A stretch of DNA of 64,000 nucleotides, from assembly GCF_009914755.1 (NCBI RefSeq), contig NC_060934.1; one strand, written 5' to 3'. Origin of the DNA: the human T2T-CHM13v2.0 reference genome, Homo sapiens. Of this stretch, positions 47,931 to 64,000 are shown one piece after another. The position numbers and the translations under genes are program-made. Each line of letters opens with the position of its first letter. Position 1 is the stretch's first letter. Under the pieces are notes generated by a model, which was given only the letters and a program-made list of their open reading frames with translations, had not been told where the DNA came from and did no database searches.

Positions 47931-48569
47931 ACCTCAATAGAGAGATGGTTGTGGTTGCAAGAGGATGGAGAGAGGTAAAAGCATTTAAATGTATGTGGGT
48001 GGCAGAGTGATCTGATAATTCTTGTCTATCACTGTATCCCAAGTGGTCAGAGCCAATAAATACTTGGTAGGTTGAATTAATTGAAACAAGTTAGCAATAG
48101 AGCTGAGGAACACATAGACTGTGCCACTGTGGCGACCTCACCAAAGTCCTAACACCCTGGAATGCTGTGGCTCAGAGCTCATTGTTACTTAATGAAAGGT
48201 TCTGTATATATTGCCACAAATGACCATTTATCATTAAACTTCACTCAGGGCAGCCTCCATGAGTCATTTAAGAGGCAGACATTTATTGAGGGTTTGCTGT
48301 GTCGATGACTCTATGATAGCACTGGAGTACAAAGATGACTAAACATAGCCCCTGAACTCAAGGAGTTCGTAATCTAGTTAGAGAGGCAGGCATAAAGGAA
48401 AAATTATTTCCCAGTGAGATAATAGTTTAGGTACGGTTGTATAGAATCAGGAGTGAAGAATCAGGAACTATGTACAAGGTTAAGAATTAGGAACAAAGCT
48501 AAGAATCAGAAATTAAACAGAAGAAGTTCTTGAGCAACCAAATTTGATATCACTAAGTTCATGTGCTAA

Positions 48570-51035
<2,466 letters not shown>

Positions 51036-51438
51036 GAGATGTGTGTTTTAATCAACTATTTTTCTGGCATGTGCCACATAAGACATGCTCCAATATTTTC
51101 TTCAGACTCAATACATATCTTATATCCATTTATTCATTTATCTGTTTACTTATTCAACAATTATCGAGTGTCTACACTGTGGTATCAAATAGGGTAGTCA
51201 CTACCCACAAGTGGCTAATTAAATTTAAATTAATTAAGATTAAATGAAACAAAATTCAGTTCCTCACCTGGACTGGGCACATTTCAAATGCTCAGTGGCC
51301 ACATGTGGATATATGGGACAGTGCAGATAGAGAACATTTTCATCATTTCACAGAGTTCTGTTGACAGTGCTAAGTGTACCATGTTTTAATTTCTGCTGTG
51401 GATGCTGGGTAATTGTTAAAATTTATTAATTTTTCATA

Positions 51439-52593
51439 CAGTCGTGTGTTATATAATGATTGGGATATGTTCTAATAAATGCATCATTAAGTGATTTCAT
51501 CATTGTGTAAACATCATAGAATACTTACACAAACCTAGATGGTACAGCCTACTACACACTGAGGCTGTGTGGTGTATACGCTCCTAGCCTACAAGCCTGT
51601 ACACATGTTGCTGCACTGAATACTATAGGCAACTGCAACACAATGGTAAGTATTTGTGTATCTAAACATATATAAAAATAGAAAAGGTCCAGTGAAAATA
51701 TGGTATCAAAGATAAATTGGGTCTGGTATGGTGGCTCATGCCTGCAGTCCCAGTACTTTGGGAGGCTGAAGTGGGCAGATCTCTTGAGCCCAGGAGTTCC
51801 AGACCAGCCTAGGTAATAACATGGTGAAACCTCATCTCTACAGAAAATTTAGAAATTAGCTGGGTGTGGTGGTCCATGCCTGTAGCCCCAGCTACTTGGG
51901 TGGCGGAGGCGGGAGGATCACTTGAGCCCAGGAGGCCAAGGCTTCAGTGAGTCGTAATTGCTCCGCTGCACTCCATCCTGGGCAACAGAGCAAGACCCTG
52001 TCTCAAAAATAATAATAATAATAATAATAAAATAAATTGTACACCTGTATAGGGCACTTACCATCAATGGAGCTCACAGAACTGGAAGTTTCTCAGAGTG
52101 AGTGAGTGGTGAGTGTGAAGGCCTCGGACATTACTGTAGAATTTATAAACACTGTACATTTAGGCTACACTAAATTTATTTAAAAATTATTTAAAAATTT
52201 TTTTCTTTCTTCAATAATAAATTAACCTTAACTTACTGTAACTTTTCCACTTTCTAAGCTTTGAAATTTTTAAAAACTTTTTGACTGTTTTGGACTAACA
52301 CAACTTAAAACACAAACATATTGTAAAGCTATAGGGAAATATTTTCCTTATAGTATTCTTATTCTATAAGTTTTCTTCTATTTTTAAAAACTTAAAGTTT
52401 TTTTTCCTTTTAAAACTTATTTGTTAGAAATGAAAACAGAAACACACACATTAGCCTAAGCCTGCACAGGATCAGGATCATCAAGACATCATTAAGTAAT
52501 AGGAATTTTTTCAGTTCCATTATAATCTTATGGGACCACTGTTGTACATGTGGTTTGCTGTTGACTGAAACGTCATTATGCAGTGCGTGACTG
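51439..52593 (+). mobile_element. Tigger3-like DNA transposon with an Alu (+, 51719-52035)
   Basis: TA|CAGTCGTGTG...GTGCGTGACTG terminal inverted repeats. Confidence 0.75.
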
Positions 52594-53059
52594 TGTAAGA
52601 GGAACTTCTAGCATGTATACATAGTGTACAAGACACTGTGGTAAACTGTTCTTAAATGTTCTGTTTAATACCTTTCCTTTTTCACATTCATGTTTAATAT
52701 TGTTCACTTTTTGGTAGCCTCACTGTTATCTTCATTAGTGGGTAAAATTTTGTCTGGTTGAACTATTGTCTGAAGAATGTCTTTTGTAGCTATTGAAAGG
52801 TGGTGCCTTCATGTTCCTTTACCATCTGGAAATAACTGAATGAGAGGTTCTGTGTCAGCAATTGGCTTGGTACTGGCCTTCCATAGGTGTTTCAATTCTG
52901 TTTAATTAAAGCAAGTCAAAGAGAAGCATTGCTTTTGGTTAGAATGCTCTTTAGCATATACAGATGAAATGATTAGGTTCTTATGTGCAATAGAACAGTT
53001 CAGAGATTTTTGATGGTGAAATTGAAAGCATTTATTCACGTTTATTTTATTATTTATAG

Positions 53060-53592
<533 letters not shown>

Positions 53593-55190
53593 CATTTATT
53601 TGATCTTAATGGTGTTTTGAGCAGGACTTTAAATTATAGATGTTCCTGACTGCTCTGATTAATCTTGTTAGGAGGCAAGCAGTAATCTTACAATATACTT
53701 TTCTGGGTATGTATTACTATCATCAGTCATGCACAGCTACTTTAACTGTAATATCATTATATTTGGTTCTGAGCTTTGAAGAGAGTTGAAGAGTATGATG
53801 ACATTCAGCAAAGAATTAGTAGCCCCATACTCATGGGGGCTACTTCAATTGACTTTTGGCCCATCACTGAGCTCTGTTTGAACTCTAAAGTGGTATAATT
53901 AGTTTTGATTTTGTAAGCTAGGTAATGGTTTGCTTAGTTACAGCTCTAACGCTGTTAATGCTTTCAGGATAATGGCAGTGAAAAGCCATTGTCTTCCAAT
54001 TCCACCCTGGGTGATATATTTGTGGGTAACTTTCTTTTCATTGACTCAGCAGTGACTAGAAGGAAATCATGTTTCTTAAACAGAGGAGGTGTGTGTGTGG
54101 GTATGGTATTGGGGTGAGTATGTGTGACAGTGAATCAGACCTCTTTAGGGAAGGTGGATGTGAGGGATGCCAAGGCTTTTGAGACTTTTCTCTTGGGCTT
54201 TTGGTCCTCTTTAGAGATTGGCTAGTGTGGCATCGGCAAAACAGGAGGGTCCAGCAATGCAAATAATTGGCCATGATGGCTAAGGCCATGGCTACAAATT
54301 ATATATGACAAAAAAAAAAGAAACTATATATGAAAAAATGCATGAAAGGTCTGGTGATCCATTCATTTTAGGAGCCTAAATAGAGGAAGGCTTCTAGTTG
54401 GTTGAAAGTGTAAGAAACCTGATTAGGTCATAAGAGGTCAGAGTTCCAGGAAAAGGTAATATGGCTACTGCCCAGAGGGGAAAACTGTTCTTTAGTTACT
54501 AGTTTGTATGCACAATGAGAAAAATGGAGACTTTCCACTGCATAAATGCCATTTAGGCCTATCTTCCTCTTTAGTGATCAAAGGTCAGCTGACATTTTAG
54601 CCAAAGCACACATGGAGACTTCAAAAGGAAGAGAAAGAAAAGTTGAGTTGCACCAAAACTGGAGCTGTAAAGTTCCTTATTTTGGCAGGAATCAGAGAGG
54701 ATAACAAGATACTTTATTTGGAAAGCAATTAAAACTTTCTAAGAAAGAGACCAGTTGATTTTGAATAGAGCTGTACAAAGACACGGAGGAGTTAACAGAC
54801 CAACAGCTCCATTTTGTGAGCTCTAGGACCAAACCAATCAATACTATTTGATACATCTTTTGGGCAGAGAAACATGAGAAACTCTGTGACAATATCAAGG
54901 TACTATAGATAAGGTACATGTTCTTGAGAAACTTATGGTCTAAACAGGTAGAGCAAGCAAATATGAAAGAAATCTTAGGGGCTCATACTGAAATATAAAC
55001 GGAATATTGACGTCCACATTTTAGAACAGAAGGAAGAGGCCTTTTCAAATCATTCTGGGTACTACCAGTCAGCATTGTTGGGTAGAGGCTTTTTAAGAAC
55101 TGAGAAGCCATGTCCAAGGAGACAGGAGAGGGGAAGGAGTAGGTAGAGAAGCAGATGGATGTTAAAGAGAAAAGGAAGGCTGTATTAGAA

Positions 55191-57395
<2,205 letters not shown>

Positions 57396-58345
57396 GCACT
57401 AGAGAAAAGTTATTCATTATGCAGAAGGGGATGGGATCCAGAATCTTGCAAGAGACAAGCAGAGTGGGTGGTTTTCAGAGAAGGGAAGCAGGAAGATTCT
57501 GTGAAGCATGTGAAATAGAAAGATTGCTATGATTGGAAATGAAAAGTCACTTTGGAATGGGGGTGGATTATCTTGCCTATTTCTTTTTTATCTTTGGCCT
57601 TTTGTGAGGTCAGTATTTGCAAGAGTTCTGTGACTTGAACCCAGACTTTTGCCCAGCTCTCATATGATAGAAGTGAGCTGTTGCTAGTTGATTGGTGGAT
57701 TCTAGCCCAGTTCAGCCCAGTGATTTGATTTATGGGAAGATATGTGGTGAAATGGAATCTTTAGCATTAGAAACTTTCTGTTATGTAACAGATTTTTACC
57801 ATCTGCTTCATTTCCCTCAACTCACTACCATTTCAGATCCAGAAAAAAAGTTCTACCTACCCCTACTCTCAGTAATAATTTACATTATATTGAAGCTCAG
57901 TTCCCTGTTCTCTTTTTTAAAAAAATGCATTTTGCATTGTAATATAGGAAAGGTACTCTACTTTTTTATTTCAGAATTATTTCTACATGCACTTCTTTTT
58001 ATCAAGTTTGCTTTTCTGCCCAAATAAGGAATAGTGTGGTTTTGTCTAACGATGTGAAATCACCAATAAACACTGGCTAGATTGGTTTCAGGAGCGTGAT
58101 GCGTGGTTTGTTGTTCTGATTGGGGGTGGTTTTACTGTGAAGCTAATGATCCCTATACCTTAAAGCCCCTCACTTACATGGGCTTTTTTTCTATTTGTAA
58201 TGCTGAATCTTGTTTTTAAAAGAAGGCTTTCCAAATTCTGTTAGCTTCAGACATCACAAAAGCTGGTTCTGAGGGGTTCTGTGTAAGAGCCTTGGAGATC
58301 TAGGAGTTGGCTTTAAAGACAATGTTGGATGAGCAGGGCAGATAG

Positions 58346-59880
<1,535 letters not shown>

Positions 59881-60248
59881 CTAGTGTGCGTTAACAAGCT
59901 ACCCCAAAACTTAATAGCATATAACAAAAAACCAATTATTTATTCAGGGCTACAAGCTCTAATGCTTGAAAAAAGATTGCTACCTTAGCCAGTTTCAGAG
60001 CTGCCCCCACACGTGGGGACATCTTTTAGTCATCTAATTTCAGTGGCTTCTAGGCAAGTGAACCAGCTATTGTCTCAAGCACATCAGTAAATCTGTCAAT
60101 ATTGCTTCACTCATTGGTTAGGACTGGTAGTCCCATGTGCTTAGCACATGTAGGCACTTAATGAAGATTCATGAACAAATGAAGTAAGTGAGGGCGCCTT
60201 TCATGGACCTGACTGCTTAGCACTGATTTCTCTTTTTGCCTGACTTAG

Positions 60249-60454
60249 GTATTTGGCTCGAGTAGGGGAGCTTGAAGCTACTGACACTGAAGACCCAAAT
60301 CTGAATTATGGACTTGTTGTTGACTGTGGCAGCAGTGGTTCCCGGATTTTTGTTTATTTCTGGCCAAGACATAATGGGAACCCCCATGACTTGCTGGACA
60401 TCAAACAGATGAGAGACCGCAACAGCCAACCAGTGGTTAAAAAAATCAAGCCAG
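60249..60454 (+). CDS. ENTPD7: ENTPD7 exon 4, apyrase conserved region 1
   Basis: YGLVVDCGSSGSRIFVY (GDA1/CD39 ACR1) ... KIKP; CTTAG|G and CAG|GTACTA; 206 nt. Confidence 0.97.
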
Positions 60455-60712
60455 GTACTAATCAGAATATATTTTGTTGTCAATCTCTTTTAAGGCATGA
60501 AAGAGGAGACAAAAGAAGCAGAAAGCAAGCTACCCCTTTCTTCTTGAGAGTCTGGGTAATGGGAGGGATATCTCTTTCATTGTCACCCCCTACCTCTCAA
60601 ATAAATAAATGTTTAGGACCTTGAGGAGAACTTTATAGGGTATCAGTTTCCTGAGTCTTATGTGAGCCGCTTTTTAAAGAAAGTTTTGTCTGTTTGTTTG
60701 TTTTAACTTAAG

Positions 60713-60863
60713 GAATCTCTGCAATGGCAGACACTCCAGAACATGCCAGTGATTACCTTCGTCCTCTGCTGAGCTTTGCTGCTGCTCATGTGCCTGTGAA
60801 GAAGCACAAGGAGACCCCTCTTTACATCCTCTGCACAGCAGGCATGAGGCTTCTCCCTGAGAG
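60713..60863 (+). CDS. ENTPD7: ENTPD7 exon 5, ACR2 end to ACR3
   Basis: GISAMADTPEHASDYLRPLLSFAAAHVPVKKHKETPLYILCTAGMRLLPE; TTAAG|G and GAG|GTGAGA; 151 nt. Confidence 0.96.
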
Positions 60864-61509
60864 GTGAGATGCAGGGTACAGGAAACACAGGAAAACGGTG
60901 GCACAAGAGATGAAAGGCCAGTTTCATGCACTGTCCTCTGTGGTTCCCTGGTCTATACCCCTAAACCCAATTATGACACAATCATTCATTCCCAACTTCT
61001 TGTCATTTGCTGCTTTGGGATCAGTATCTATCTGGGATGACTATAGTGATTCTTAGTTTGGATTGAGGGTTGGGAGTAGTGGTGATGGTAATAGATTTGG
61101 ATCATCGGGCACATAGAGAACATAATTACAGAATAAATTAGGAAGAGGGTCACCTGATGACCTGGATACTTAGGGACTAGTCAGAGAGCTCTGGTAGGAA
61201 CACTACCTTTTCTGTAACTCTGCCTAGAACCCTGGCAATAACTGGGGGAGTCCCTCTTCTTGCTGCTACTGCAAAGCTCAGTCTCCATTGCCTTAGGCCT
61301 GTTTTCTCAGCCCCAGCCAGTCACATCATTTCCACTTGACCTTTGCAATTCAGCCTGACACCTTGCCACCTGATCCCTCTTCCTGCATTAGAGGAAGAGG
61401 AAGAGAAGGCTGTATTTAGGCCAGACTCCTTGTTTGTGATTTCTCTCCTTTGGTACCACCTTGATCCGTCCATACTTACGTAGGCCGGGGGAAGAATGAG
61501 CTCCCTGAC

Positions 61510-63100
<1,591 letters not shown>

Positions 63101-64000
63101 CTTTAGAATTCATCCTCCTGGAATGTTCATGGTCTCATAGGCATCAGGTATTTCCTTATTAGCTTAAATATTTTCCTTTGGTCAACAGCAGTTTTTTTTT
63201 TTTTTTTACAACGTTTAAATTTTATAGTTGGCTTTCTTTCCTTAAATCAACAGCAAACAACAAAAACCTCAGCCATACATGTAGGGCTCCAAGGCTTATG
63301 TCAGACATGTAGACAACATAACATATAGCAGCAATGCTTCTTTCAGTGGACTTTTTTTCACAGTTACTGGTTTACTGACTGGTTTACTGTTGAGAAGCAG
63401 ATTATTTATATAGCCATTTGTCAACATGAGAGGTTTTTTAGTTCCTTATTGCCCCATACATTTCAGTCTTTAAAAAATTTTTTGTTTTGTTTTTACTTAT
63501 CTTTAAAACCAAACTTTAAATATTGTAACTGCAGCCTTAACTCCTTAAGGGAAATCTTAAAAATGAACAAAACAATACAATACAACTTACAACCCTGCTA
63601 CCCTATCAAAACTGTTTCGTTTTGTTGTATTCCCTCCTTTCTGTTCACATATATGTAATTTCCACAAAGTTGCAATCATACTGTGCATGCAATTAAGAAT
63701 TTTTATTTGACATAGGTGATATTCATATTGTTCAAAAATTTTAGAAACCCTGGGAAGAATATAGATGACACAAGAGCAGGTGCCACATCACAAAGTCTAT
63801 AAAAGGCCAAGGAAAGGGGAGGGAGGCCAGAGAAAAAGCTGACCTGGAGGTTAAAAAGGCAGAATTGACCAGCTGAGCTGGGCAGAGGAACCCACTTGGT
63901 AGTTTGGCTACCTTTAGTGTGTTTGGAGGAAAGGAGATTGTTGCCTCACCTCCTGGCACTGTTCGGTATTACCTCTGTCAAAGAAGTTTCCATCCAAACA

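Overview
Human (primate) genomic DNA, recognisable from the encoded proteins as the SLC25A28-ENTPD7 head-to-head locus (10q24). The minus strand carries coding exon 1 of SLC25A28 (mitoferrin-2) in a CpG island at the window start. The plus strand carries ENTPD7 exons 1-5 from about 40.4 kb. The ~39 kb between them and the ENTPD7 introns are mostly transposable elements: many Alus including a young AluYb9, an LTR12 solo LTR, a near-full-length L1PB, a full-length L1PA5-like element nested in an older L1, MaLR LTRs and DNA transposons. No wholly new gene system can be shown from sequence alone. The best testable hypotheses are: (1) an intact L1 ORF0 whose splice donor is in frame with ENTPD7 exon 3; (2) a cryptic 183-nt ENTPD7 exon that stops the canonical start and supplies a new one; (3) Alu-flanked, stop-free exon 4-5 and exon 3 circles; (4) a consensus antisense donor at the ENTPD7 promoter and an LTR12, both pointing at SLC25A28; (5) a ~490-bp templated duplication inserted into a fossil Alu monomer. 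Repeat subfamily names and boundaries were assigned by eye and are approximate.
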